Positions 16,193 through 25,446 of a stretch of DNA of 29,097 nt are shown piece after piece. The notes beneath the pieces were generated by a model. That model saw only the letters and a program-made list of their open reading frames with translations. It was not told the origin of the DNA and made no database searches. Each line of letters opens with the position of its first letter. Position 1 is the stretch's first letter. Made by a program: the position numbers and the translations under genes. The stretch comes from a virus. Its lineage: Duplodnaviria > Caudoviricetes. The stretch covers positions 1 through 29,097 of the IMG/VR virus record IMGVR_UViG_3300044476_000077. The stretch is one strand, 5' to 3'.

Positions 16193-16220
16193 GGAGGTTC
16201 AAATCCTCCCCTCCCCACCA
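16193..16220 (+). other. attP core: tRNA 3' fragment (T-arm, acceptor strand, discriminator A, CCA)
   Basis: GGAGG-TTCAAAT-CCTCC-CCTCCCC-A-CCA, 27 nt after the int stop; no 5' half of a tRNA upstream. Confidence 0.85.
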
Positions 16221-16247
16221 TCTACAATCACCACAAAAACTTGATGC

Positions 16248-16287
16248 AGACCCGATGGATGCTTGTGTTCATCGGGTCTTTTCGTTT
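16248..16287 (+). terminator. Rho-independent terminator after attP
   Basis: AGACCCGATG ... CATCGGGTCT followed by TTTCGTTT. Confidence 0.8.
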
Positions 16288-16365
16288 AATGCTGGAATGG
16301 AGTAATATCCCGCTTTTGCCCCCCTTTTCCCGCTTGGACAAGGCGGAGCGAAGGCAGACTGAAAC

Positions 16366-16394
16366 TTGACACGCGATGTTGATTGTGCTATAGT
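16366..16394 (+). promoter_or_regulatory. Sigma70 promoter heading the morphogenesis block
   Basis: TTGACA(16366)-17 nt-TATAGT(16389) with extended TG. Confidence 0.75.
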
Positions 16395-16482
16395 GATTGC
16401 GAATCGCCCGTGAGGATACCCCCCGCAAGGTATTCCCGCGGGCGTTTGTCGTTAAGACCCCCCGCGTCAACCATGGATCATC

Positions 16483-17139
16483 ATGATCGCACCGAACGTT
16501 GATGTGAATGTCACCCATAGCATGTTCCTTGAACATGATCGCGCAGAACCGCGCACGGTCTTTGTCGCCCGCACCCTCACCCTCTCACAATCACAACGAT
16601 TAGCTGAACGCATGGCTACCCTTGAACGTCATGTCCGCATGGCCGCTGAATATAAACGCTTGCGCGATGTCTCGCAGGTTAAATATGAAGGACCCGAGGC
16701 TGCCGGCGACAAACCGCATGTCCCGCGGCCGGAACTCGTGCGCGCAATGTATGACGCCGAGGCGGATAGCGTGCGAGAAGGGATGGCCGCCCTAGTGCTG
16801 GCGTGTGAACTGTTCGAGCTGTTGATCGTGGATGTGCATAACACGCCGGCGGCCGTCAAGAAAGTTAATGGCGAGTTTGGGACGGGCGTGGCGCGGGATT
16901 GGGCTATGGAGGCGCTGGCGCGGAACTATGGCGGTGAGGCGGTGGTGGAGCTGGTAATGTCGGCGATTAATGCGAACCGGCTTACGGAGTCACAGCGAAA
17001 AAACTTATGCGCGCAGTCTGGTTTGGCGAGTATGCCGCCGGACTTGACTGCGCAACCTGCAATGACGCAGAACGTGCATGTCGCGGGTGTGTCGCCGGCG
17101 GCAGCATGCGGTACGCCGAGTATGGCGGCGGCTATATAA
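16483..17139 (+). CDS. Tail assembly chaperone (lambda G-like), 218 aa
   Basis: Directly before the tape measure gene; RKN encoded by slippery A AAA AAC at 16998-17004. Confidence 0.75.
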   Translation: MIAPNVDVNVTHSMFLEHDRAEPRTVFVARTLTLSQSQRLAERMATLERHVRMAAEYKRLRDVSQVKYEGPEAAGDKPHVPRPELVRAMYDAEADSVREGMAALVLACELFELLIVDVHNTPAAVKKVNGEFGTGVARDWAMEALARNYGGEAVVELVMSAINANRLTESQRKNLCAQSGLASMPPDLTAQPAMTQNVHVAGVSPAAACGTPSMAAAI

Positions 17140-17336
17140 CGCGATGCCCGCGGGCACTGCTGCGGGAAGACCTGTGGATTATAGGCATCATGCGGATGTA
17201 CACGCGATATATGCAGCACGGGCGGACGCCGAACGGCGGGGGCGACCTTGACCAGGCGGCGGTATTTGGCGAGTGCATGGAGCTGGTCGGCAACATGAAG
17301 GCAGTGGGATCATACGGTGTTGAGGTGAGCACATGA
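16998..17336 (+). CDS. -1 frameshift extension of the tail chaperone (lambda T-like), Cys-rich
   Basis: -1 frame open from the slippery site to 17336, overlapping the tape measure ATG; CxxC..CxxC..C and GGGDLDQ motifs. Confidence 0.75.
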   Translation, partial: KKLMRAVWFGEYAAGLDCATCNDAERACRGCVAGGSMRYAEYGGGYITRCPRALLREDLWIIGIMRMYTRYMQHGRTPNGGGDLDQAAVFGECMELVGNMKAVGSYGVEVST

Positions 17337-19120
17337 GCATCGGAACCATAGCTGTAGACCTGGCGCTTGTTGACAAGTTCAACGTGATGCTTGACAAGTT
17401 CAAGGGCGACGTGACGGGGGGGATCAAGTCGTTCGCGGCAGGATTGGTACCGGGCTTAAGCTTTGCGGCCGTGGGATCCAAGCTGGCGGCGGATCTGTAT
17501 GGAGGTATCAGTCGCGCCGCGGCGAATGAGAAGGACATCAAGGCGCTTAATGAGGACATCAAGCTGCTGGGGAGCACACTGAGCGGCGCACAGATCGAGC
17601 AGCAACTGAGCGGGATCGGTGACCGTGTGGCAAGCGATGCGGACGACTTGCGCAAGGTGTTCAACCAGTTGCGGCAGATCATGGGTAAGGACGTGGGCGC
17701 GCAGATGCTGCTTGACCTTCTGCCTGGCATGAAGGCATTCCAGGATCGCGGCATTGGCATGGAGCAGAGCGCGCAGGCAATCGGCATGGCAATGCAGGGG
17801 GCCACCCGCGGGCTGAAACAGTTTGGGATCACCTTGGCGGAGGGATCGAGCAAGGCGGATGTGTTTGATGCCCTGAGCAAGCGGTTTGCGGAGATGGGTC
17901 CGCTGGCAGAAGCGAATGCGGCGACTCTTGAGGGCATGGCTGCACGTATCAAGATTGCCTATGAGGACGCCTTTGAGGCGTTTGGCGCCGGGTTCAATGC
18001 GAGCATGGGTGCTATGAAGGTGAACATCGGCACATTTTCGGCAGACATACAAGCGTCCATGAAAACAATCGGAGAGTCGTTGGGCAGGACATTCAGCGCG
18101 GCGGGCCCGCTGATCACCTGGGCGATCAAGATAGGTGCAAAGGCCATCGAGGAGTTTAGCGTCAAGATTGAGACGCTTGGTCAGTTGTTCAACGCGTCGG
18201 TGGAGGCAATGCGGTGGGGGTTTGAGGCATTGAAGACGTATGGAAAACTGGCGTGGAACAAGCTGAGCGAGGAGTTTGTCAACTACTACAACACGGTGGC
18301 GGGGTCTGCAATTGGTGAGGTGCTTGGCCTTGAGATGATGAAGGCGAGCGAAGGGAGCAACAAGTTCCTTGAGCAGGTGGGCAAGCAGCAGCTCGCCGGA
18401 GTGAGTGACGCGATCGGGAGCTATGTGAGCATCGCTGCCAAGGCTGCGGAGAGGATTCAAGACATTTGGACGAAGGACAAGCCGGCGGCCGGCGCGGGTG
18501 ACAGTGCGGAGGATGAGAAGCAGCGAGCAGCACGGGCGGAGCGGGAGCGGCTGAACCTGCAGGAAGCGAGCAACAACGAGAAGGCGGTCAAGAGCATTGA
18601 GAAGGCCGGCGTGGCGGCTGCGGCGAAGGTGCGCGAGGAAGTGATGCGGGGCAATGACGAGATTGCAAAGGCGCTGGGTGCGGAACCAAGCACGCGGAGC
18701 GGCCAGGCAAGCAAGGCGCGGGAGGAGCAGCGATACCAGGAGGACTTGCAGCGTGCGGGCCGATCGTTTACGAAGGCGCAGGACGCGCTTGGCAACAAAG
18801 ACATTGAGGGGTACAACGCCGAGATGGCGCGGTACAAGCAGCAACTATCAGAAGCAAACCAGCACAAGGCGCGGATGAATCCCGAGCTGGGGGCGTATGG
18901 GGACGCGGTGTTTGACGCCGAGTTCCGCGGTGCCCCGACCAACAAGAGCGCGGCGAAGAAGACGGCCGGCGCGCCGGGCGGGTATGCCGTGAATGACAAC
19001 TACCTTGAGAGCGGCAAGGAACAGGTGTATCAGGCGATTGAGCGTATGGGGACGAAGTTCAATGACGCGCTGCAGAACCTTGCGACTAAAATAGACACCA
19101 TCGCACCACAACTATCATGA
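17333..19120 (+). CDS. Tape measure protein, 595 aa
   Basis: Ala/Gly-rich helical; AQAIGMAMQGATRGLKQFGI and TLEGMAARIK motifs; follows the G/GT pair. Confidence 0.85.
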   Translation: MSIGTIAVDLALVDKFNVMLDKFKGDVTGGIKSFAAGLVPGLSFAAVGSKLAADLYGGISRAAANEKDIKALNEDIKLLGSTLSGAQIEQQLSGIGDRVASDADDLRKVFNQLRQIMGKDVGAQMLLDLLPGMKAFQDRGIGMEQSAQAIGMAMQGATRGLKQFGITLAEGSSKADVFDALSKRFAEMGPLAEANAATLEGMAARIKIAYEDAFEAFGAGFNASMGAMKVNIGTFSADIQASMKTIGESLGRTFSAAGPLITWAIKIGAKAIEEFSVKIETLGQLFNASVEAMRWGFEALKTYGKLAWNKLSEEFVNYYNTVAGSAIGEVLGLEMMKASEGSNKFLEQVGKQQLAGVSDAIGSYVSIAAKAAERIQDIWTKDKPAAGAGDSAEDEKQRAARAERERLNLQEASNNEKAVKSIEKAGVAAAAKVREEVMRGNDEIAKALGAEPSTRSGQASKAREEQRYQEDLQRAGRSFTKAQDALGNKDIEGYNAEMARYKQQLSEANQHKARMNPELGAYGDAVFDAEFRGAPTNKSAAKKTAGAPGGYAVNDNYLESGKEQVYQAIERMGTKFNDALQNLATKIDTIAPQLS

Positions 19121-20460
19121 TAAGCGACACGAACGAAACAGGGATCCACGTGTTCTTTGAGCCTGAGCCGGCGGACGGCGTATGGCCGACGACCACGGCG
19201 TATACGAAGTACCTGGGCGTGCTGCAGGCGGTGAATGAGGCAGTGCGCACGGGCAATGCTCTGAAAACGACCGGCGAGGAGATGCCGTGCAATGCGGACG
19301 GGTGGGCGCGGTTTATCGCGGGCAAGCCGGCGTCATTCACGGAGGAGCTGCAGTTGGTGTACACGCGGCCGGCGATGATCGGGTTCAGCCAATGGCGCGG
19401 GATAGTGCAGGTGCTGAGCCACACAGACCGGGTGGTGCTGTTCCAGTATCTCGCCGGCGTGGACCCGGTAACTGACGCCGTGGGCAAGTACCTGCGGTGC
19501 GGGACGGGCATGCGTAGGCTGATCACGGCCGTGGGGCGTAGTTATGGCGGGATCACGTACACGGACGACTACTACGTGCTGACGCTGGACACCATGAACG
19601 GCGTTTCAAACGACTACGCGGGGATCAACAGCTCGCGGGGCTTTTGGCAGGAGAGGGCATTCTGGGAGGACTTCTGGGCGGACATAGTCGCCTGCGGTAT
19701 GGTGGGCCGGCTCAAGATGGTATGGGCGGACTATGACACGTACACCAAGGTATTGACCAATGAGAACACGCCGCGGGAGTACGAGGTGTTATTGTCAAAC
19801 CCCGTGGTGGCAGAGCCGTATGGCGTGCTGCCGGGGATGGGGTACCGGCTGCAAGTGAGGAAGACGCCGATAATCGTGGTTGTGGAGGACATCATGCAAG
19901 TACAAGCAAGCGACAGGGAGTACAACAACCAAGTGGTGATAAGCTGGCAAGATGTGCCACTGGCGGACCGGTACCAGGTGTACTTGCGTACAACCGACAC
20001 TGAGCCGAGCGGGGGCGAGCTGATTGCCGAGCAGGATCCGTTCGTCATGCCTAACGTGGTAACTGAGGTTGTGGCGGGCGAGCTGTTTGTTGTGGAGCTG
20101 CAGGGCGGAAATTATCATTTTGTTACTGAGGTTGAAGATGTGTATTTTAGAGGTGATGGTTTAGTTATACATTATGACAACCAAGAAGTAGATACTGTGT
20201 ACTCTGCGTCATACCCCGAAGCAGGCACAAGCTCCGTAGCACTAACGTATTGCAGGAACCGAAACGACAACGGAAACAACGACAACGTAATATCACCAAT
20301 TTACAAAAGAATGACGTATGACGAGAAGGCGCTTGCAGCATTGGTCACGCCGGGCCGGCGGTTCTACATTTGGGTGCGGGCGCGGGTGAACCGTGACGGA
20401 GTGACGGATGAATGGAGCGAGCTGAGTGTTATGGTAACGGGGCTTATTCGCAACTTATGA
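19117..20460 (+). CDS. Tail tip / distal tail protein with a C-terminal FN3-like domain, 447 aa
   Basis: After the tape measure gene; QVVISWQDVPLADRYQVY ... PGRRFYIWVRAR ... WSELS fibronectin-III pattern. Confidence 0.6.
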   Translation: MISDTNETGIHVFFEPEPADGVWPTTTAYTKYLGVLQAVNEAVRTGNALKTTGEEMPCNADGWARFIAGKPASFTEELQLVYTRPAMIGFSQWRGIVQVLSHTDRVVLFQYLAGVDPVTDAVGKYLRCGTGMRRLITAVGRSYGGITYTDDYYVLTLDTMNGVSNDYAGINSSRGFWQERAFWEDFWADIVACGMVGRLKMVWADYDTYTKVLTNENTPREYEVLLSNPVVAEPYGVLPGMGYRLQVRKTPIIVVVEDIMQVQASDREYNNQVVISWQDVPLADRYQVYLRTTDTEPSGGELIAEQDPFVMPNVVTEVVAGELFVVELQGGNYHFVTEVEDVYFRGDGLVIHYDNQEVDTVYSASYPEAGTSSVALTYCRNRNDNGNNDNVISPIYKRMTYDEKALAALVTPGRRFYIWVRARVNRDGVTDEWSELSVMVTGLIRNL

Positions 20461-21944
20461 GCAACACGGTGGTCAAGATAGGCGAGCCATGGCGGATAAC
20501 CACACTGGTTGGTCCGTGCAGGATCACGTGGAGCCGGGACGGATCGAGCAGCTTAAGCTTTGCCGTGAAACCGAGCACGGCGGTTGACCCGTTTGAGCTG
20601 GTGCAGGTGTATGAGGACGACCGGCGGATATTCCTCGGGCGGTGCAAGAGCCCGGTGTATGACGAGGAGCGCGGGGTGGTGACGTGCGTGGCTGACGACA
20701 TGAAGGTGCTGATTGGCGACCTGCCGCTTGCGGCGCACACCTCGGATGGGCCGGCGGGCAGGCACGGGATGGTGGTGTTCACCGGGACAAACTACAACAC
20801 GGTGTCCAGCATCATTAAGACCATTATCAGCGAGTGCTACAACGGCAATGTAGACGACGGTCAGGAACTTTTGACAGATTACGTACCTGCGGCAATCGCG
20901 GCAGCATGGGTGAGCGCGGCGAACCTTGCGGCATGGGATGATCTGCCGGCGTTGTCGCCGTATACCGTTACTTTCGCCGGCGACAGCGTGGGCAAGGCGT
21001 TGAACACGCTGATGGGCAAGTATTATCCCGGGTGGGGCTGGTGGGTTGATCCCGCGGACGGGGTGATCAAGCCGTGGAACTCGTTTGATGACGCCTACAG
21101 CTCGTTTGACACGATTGACCTGGCCACGGCGCGGCGGGTGTTTGTGAACGGGATCATGCCGAGCATGGACGGGGTGTACTCGCGGGTGATCGTGGAGGGT
21201 CGGTACACCACCGAGGTTGCATTGACGGGTACGCCTACGACGGCCGCGCCGTTTGTGACGGACGACCTGTTCCGCGCGATGGAGCGGCAGACGTGGTTCT
21301 ACGACCATTCCGAGCAGAGCATCACCTTCACCAGGACAACGTGCAGCAACGTTGACAAGGAGAACCTGAAACTGGTGGTGACGGTGACGCCCATTCGCAG
21401 CGAGTTTGCTGACCTGCCGAGTGGGCACGATGAAAGCGGTACGGACTACGAGATCGCGGGGGCGTACTCAAAGGATGTGCGGTGCCTGGCGTCGAGCGGG
21501 TACGGCGGGGACGCCTACGAGGAGTATAACCTCAAGCGGACGCTGCGGATCCAGGACGACAGCTTCGGGGTGATCCTGCACATCAATTCATCCACGGGGT
21601 TGATTGACAGCGAGGACCGGCGGGGCGATATGTCGGCGTATTGCGCGGCGATCCACGCGGTGGTGAGCAAGATACGGTACACGGGGAGCATGCGGTACAA
21701 GGCAAACGGGACGATATCCCCGTTGCGGCGGGTGCGGCTGCTGAACCATGCGCGGTACGGCACGTTGGAGTTTATGCCGCAGAGCATCACCTACGACTGC
21801 CACACGGGCATGCGGACGTACCAGCTCGGGGACGCCAAGTACTCGCCGATCGAGGAGTTGAAGCTGCTGCAGGAGCTGCGCTGGCAGAAGAAGGGGGCCT
21901 CGGGCCGGGTGATCCAAGCGCCGGACAAGAGGATGGTGCGATGA
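20457..21944 (+). CDS. Tail hub (Tal/baseplate-hub-like) protein, 495 aa
   Basis: SSLSFAV, VQVYEDDRRIFLG, WGWWVDPADG, YSRVIVEG, PQSITYD hub-like pattern; ATGA coupling. Confidence 0.65.
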   Translation: MSNTVVKIGEPWRITTLVGPCRITWSRDGSSSLSFAVKPSTAVDPFELVQVYEDDRRIFLGRCKSPVYDEERGVVTCVADDMKVLIGDLPLAAHTSDGPAGRHGMVVFTGTNYNTVSSIIKTIISECYNGNVDDGQELLTDYVPAAIAAAWVSAANLAAWDDLPALSPYTVTFAGDSVGKALNTLMGKYYPGWGWWVDPADGVIKPWNSFDDAYSSFDTIDLATARRVFVNGIMPSMDGVYSRVIVEGRYTTEVALTGTPTTAAPFVTDDLFRAMERQTWFYDHSEQSITFTRTTCSNVDKENLKLVVTVTPIRSEFADLPSGHDESGTDYEIAGAYSKDVRCLASSGYGGDAYEEYNLKRTLRIQDDSFGVILHINSSTGLIDSEDRRGDMSAYCAAIHAVVSKIRYTGSMRYKANGTISPLRRVRLLNHARYGTLEFMPQSITYDCHTGMRTYQLGDAKYSPIEELKLLQELRWQKKGASGRVIQAPDKRMVR

Positions 21945-22372
21945 AAGCGCGGAAAGTACAGAAGAAAAACGGCGGTAAAACGGCGGCATCCGAGAAGAAA
22001 GAGGCCAAGGCGGTGCGTGACCAGCGTGGAAAGTTTGCCCATGGCAACCACCTGGGCAAGCGGTTTGGGGATGGCCAACCAACCGACCTGGGCGGGCGGC
22101 CGGCGGTGACCGTGCGGTCCGTTGCGCGGCAAATGGGGATGGAGCAGGTTCGGTTGAACGGCAAAGAGGTTGTGACGAAGCTGCATGACATAGTGAGCAT
22201 GGTGCTTGAGAAGGCGCAACAAGGCGACCTGCGGGCGGCGAAGCAGTTTGTTGAATGGCACGGGTTTGACGAGGCAGACGAGACGCTTGAGCGTATGAAG
22301 GGCAACCCGGCCATCGGCGCGGCCGTTACGGTTGATTACCGGCAGTTTGCGGAGGGCATGGATGGCCGTTAG
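21941..22372 (+). CDS. terS: Terminase small subunit, 143 aa
   Basis: RDQRGKFAHGN, F..GQP...GGRP and AQQGDLRAAK motifs; overlaps the terL start. Confidence 0.7.
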   Translation: MKARKVQKKNGGKTAASEKKEAKAVRDQRGKFAHGNHLGKRFGDGQPTDLGGRPAVTVRSVARQMGMEQVRLNGKEVVTKLHDIVSMVLEKAQQGDLRAAKQFVEWHGFDEADETLERMKGNPAIGAAVTVDYRQFAEGMDGR

Positions 22373-23630
22373 CATGAACATGAAGTTCCTGGCACTGCGG
22401 CCGGACCAGATGCAGATAGCCACGCATCCCGCGAAGGAAAAGACGGTTGACACGGGGCGTCGGTTTGGCAAAACGGTCCTGGGCGGCGCGGTGGCAATGA
22501 ACTGCCTGCGGCAGCATGGCAAGGTGAGCTGGGTGGCGCCGATCTATAAGAACACCCGGGCGCTGTGGCGGTATGTGAAGTGGGCATGCTCGCACCTGGT
22601 GAAGCCTGGACTCGTTGACATATCCGAGTCTGAACGCACGATCGAGACGTTCCGCGGGGGTGTGCTTTCGATCTACAGCGCGGACAATATTGACGGCATA
22701 CGCGGGGAATGGTTCAACCTGTGCGTGGCGGACGAGGCGAGCCGGATATCGGACGAGGCATGGTATGACGCGATTGTGCCGACCTTGGCGGACTATGATG
22801 GTGATTCCATGAAGATCAGCACGCCCAAGGGCAGGAACCACTTCTACCGCGGCACATTGGGATGCCAGGGGTACCGGTACGACTCGGCAACGGGGCTGTT
22901 TGTGGCGATGCCGGCGCCGGCGCAAGTGACGCCCAGGCGAGCATGGTGGCAGGCGCCTAGCAATGCGAATCCCCTGCCGGGGATCCATGCAGAATATCAA
23001 GAAGCGCGGACGAAACTGCCGGACCGAAGCTTTCGGCAGGAATGGCAGGCTGAATTTCTTGACGATACGTCAAACGTGTTCGGCGACTTTTCGGACTGTG
23101 TGCAGGGCACGCTAGCCGAGCCGCAGCAGGGCCAGACGTATTACGGCGGGGTTGACCCTGCCCGTGCGCGTGACTACTTCGCCTCGTGCGTAATGGACGG
23201 TAACGGGCATGTGGTGGCGTTTTCTCGGGTGAATCGAAGGACATGGAACAGTATGTACGACCAGACGGCAGCCATGATGCTGAAGTACCATGCGGCAACG
23301 TATGTTGATAGCACGGGGGTGGGCGATCCTGTTCTTGAAGAGCTTTGGAAGCGTAAAGTTGATGCCCAGGGTATAGACTACCGGACGAACGACAACAAGA
23401 CACGTCTTATCGAGGAGCTGATAAGAGGCGTGGAAAACAGGCAGGTAACGTGGCCGGCGTCGCTGGACGTATTAACGCGGGAAATGACGGTATTTGAGGC
23501 GGAGATCAGACCAGGAGGACGGGTGCGGTATGAGGCGCCCGAGAATGAGCATGACGACTGTGTGAACGCGCTGGCGCTTGCAAATATGGCGCGGCGAGAC
23601 TTGTGCGTGCAGAAGATTGGCAGATATTAA
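22362..23630 (+). CDS. terL: Terminase large subunit, 422 aa
   Basis: Walker A GRRFGKT, Walker B CVADEA, ISTPKG.N.FY, FRQEWQAEF, GVDPA..RDY, HDDCV. Confidence 0.95.
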   Translation: MAVSMNMKFLALRPDQMQIATHPAKEKTVDTGRRFGKTVLGGAVAMNCLRQHGKVSWVAPIYKNTRALWRYVKWACSHLVKPGLVDISESERTIETFRGGVLSIYSADNIDGIRGEWFNLCVADEASRISDEAWYDAIVPTLADYDGDSMKISTPKGRNHFYRGTLGCQGYRYDSATGLFVAMPAPAQVTPRRAWWQAPSNANPLPGIHAEYQEARTKLPDRSFRQEWQAEFLDDTSNVFGDFSDCVQGTLAEPQQGQTYYGGVDPARARDYFASCVMDGNGHVVAFSRVNRRTWNSMYDQTAAMMLKYHAATYVDSTGVGDPVLEELWKRKVDAQGIDYRTNDNKTRLIEELIRGVENRQVTWPASLDVLTREMTVFEAEIRPGGRVRYEAPENEHDDCVNALALANMARRDLCVQKIGRY

Positions 23631-23644
23631 GAAACAAGGACACT

Positions 23645-25078
23645 ATGAACAATCCTAAACTTGACCAGTATACGCAAATACTGCATAAGAGGATCCACAA
23701 CTACATGAATCCCGGCGTGGTATCCGCATCGCATGTACGGCGCATGCAGGCATACCAGATCATAGATCACTATCTGTGCGCGGACAGTGTCCATGCGTTG
23801 CGCGAGTTGCCAGACTCGCTGCGCCAGTGGTGGACGGATCCCGGCACGTTGAAGATGTTTGCGGGAGTATTTGCGAAGCTTACCACGAAGGGCATGCGGC
23901 TGAACAGCAGCAACGACCTTCCGCCCGAGCGTAAGGCGGCGCTCTTGGACTGGACCCGCCGGTCAAAGCTGTATCGGGTATTGCGGCAATCGTGCCGCGA
24001 TGCAAGCGCCTATGGAGATGCAGTGCTGCAGCCAGTGTGGGATAACGCGCTGGGGTGCCCTCGCCTTGACGTACTGCACCCGGGGTGGTATGTGCCCATC
24101 AACGAAAATCGTGTGCTGTTGATGTGGCAGCCGGACATTGAGGTTGATGAGCTTGTCGTGCAGGATTACTTGCTGGGAACGTCTGGCATCTTGGATGGTG
24201 ACAAGGTGCGCATGACGGGCGAGTTGAAGGTGGGCATGCGCACGGTCAAAATAAGGATCAATACTATCGGGAGCAATCGCAGTGTGTTAGATTATCTTAC
24301 TGGCCAGTACGAACCGTTGCCGTATTCCAGGATCCCCGTGGTGCACATTGCAAATGGCGAGTATGGCGGCAATGGATTTGGCACCAGCGACTTCTCGACC
24401 GCGCTTGACGTGATGGACAACTACCACCAGCTCTTGACCGATAAGCGCCGGCAAAGCCGATTTATGATCCCGCCGATCGGGGTGCGCGGAAATGTGAGGT
24501 TTGCGGCACCGTCATCGGACGGCGTTGTGCGTGCGCAATACGAGCCGGGCATGTTTGTCGGCCTGGGAGAGAACGGCGGCTTTGACATGCCCGACTTCTC
24601 TCCGCTGTTGACTGCGGCAACAGCCGAAAAGGACGATGTGCGCGCCGAGCTCTTGCGTGCCTGCGGACTTACCAAAGCGGCGCTGGGAGAGCTTGGTGAC
24701 GTGTCGAACCTGCGCGAGCTTGAGATCCGCATGATATTTGCACCGATTGACAACGAGGTGCAGGATCGCCGGCAGGACTTCATCACCCCGTGGCGTGATG
24801 CCATTCGTATGACTGAAGAGCTGTGGAAATGTCAGGACATGGACGGTTATACCAAAGTGTTTGGCAATGAGAGCCTCGCGGACATGGATCTTCTCTTTGA
24901 TGAAGTGATGCCAAAAGACGTGGCAACGCTGATCAACACATTGACGGCGTCGAGGGGTGCACTTGACCAGGAAACATATACTCGTGAGATCATGGCCGCG
25001 CGTGGTATCTCGGGAGATCCCGCCGCAGTGGCGGCAAAGGTGGCAGAAGAAGGCAAAGGGACCGCACTTGGATTTTGA
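23645..25078 (+). CDS. Portal protein (SPP1 gp6-like), 477 aa
   Basis: Follows terL; YGDAVL and IPVVHIANGE...FGTSDF motifs; AAGGA RBS. Confidence 0.85.
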   Translation: MNNPKLDQYTQILHKRIHNYMNPGVVSASHVRRMQAYQIIDHYLCADSVHALRELPDSLRQWWTDPGTLKMFAGVFAKLTTKGMRLNSSNDLPPERKAALLDWTRRSKLYRVLRQSCRDASAYGDAVLQPVWDNALGCPRLDVLHPGWYVPINENRVLLMWQPDIEVDELVVQDYLLGTSGILDGDKVRMTGELKVGMRTVKIRINTIGSNRSVLDYLTGQYEPLPYSRIPVVHIANGEYGGNGFGTSDFSTALDVMDNYHQLLTDKRRQSRFMIPPIGVRGNVRFAAPSSDGVVRAQYEPGMFVGLGENGGFDMPDFSPLLTAATAEKDDVRAELLRACGLTKAALGELGDVSNLRELEIRMIFAPIDNEVQDRRQDFITPWRDAIRMTEELWKCQDMDGYTKVFGNESLADMDLLFDEVMPKDVATLINTLTASRGALDQETYTREIMAARGISGDPAAVAAKVAEEGKGTALGF

Positions 25079-25081
25079 GGC

Positions 25082-25363
25082 ATGTGTAGAGCAGGCAGCG
25101 ACAATGCGGAGAACCTTGGCGTCGTGAGTGCGGCGCTTGAGGCCGTGGCCAAGGGTGCCACGCCGGCGCAGGCATACCACCGGCTGTGCTTTGCGCTGAG
25201 CGGGTGCCGGGTGCTGTTCCCGTCGCAGCACAAGCCGCTTTTGAGGGAAATGATCGCAAGGATGCTGGCGGAGAATATGACAGTGAACCAGATCATTGAA
25301 AAAGTTGGGTGTTCGAGGCAGTACGTCTACGCAGTTGTCAAGCAAAACGGGTGTATCAGTTGA
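25082..25363 (+). CDS. Mor/C-like transcription regulator, 93 aa
   Basis: LCFALSGCRVLFP dimerisation-like motif plus C-terminal HTH TVNQIIEKVGCSRQYVYAVV. Confidence 0.65.
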   Translation: MCRAGSDNAENLGVVSAALEAVAKGATPAQAYHRLCFALSGCRVLFPSQHKPLLREMIARMLAENMTVNQIIEKVGCSRQYVYAVVKQNGCIS

Positions 25364-25387
25364 CACCAGAGAGGTACAATGGTGTCA
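25361..25387 (+). promoter_or_regulatory. Dyad with an embedded -10, putative activator-dependent head-gene promoter
   Basis: TGACACCA-N11-TGGTGTCA; TACAAT at 25375-25380 with no properly spaced -35. Confidence 0.4.
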
Positions 25388-25446
25388 TGGACGCTCAATT
25401 GAGCAACGCGGGTCATTCCCGCATAACATGCACTTGGAGCAGCATA

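Noticed and set aside
16193-16220. Complete tRNA gene
   Set aside because: Only the T-arm and 3' acceptor strand are present; no D-arm or anticodon arm upstream
17456-18844. 462-aa antisense ORF and similar long antisense ORFs (20553..21428, 24512..25366, 26487..27461)
   Set aside because: Antisense shadows of GC-rich real genes; no motifs or RBS
20257-20286. Diversity-generating retroelement template repeat
   Set aside because: AAC-rich, but no reverse transcriptase in the genome and I found no second copy differing at adenines
23550-23582. Defective terminase nuclease (HDDCVN rather than HDDxxD)
   Set aside because: The last position varies in this terminase group; the other acidic residues are intact
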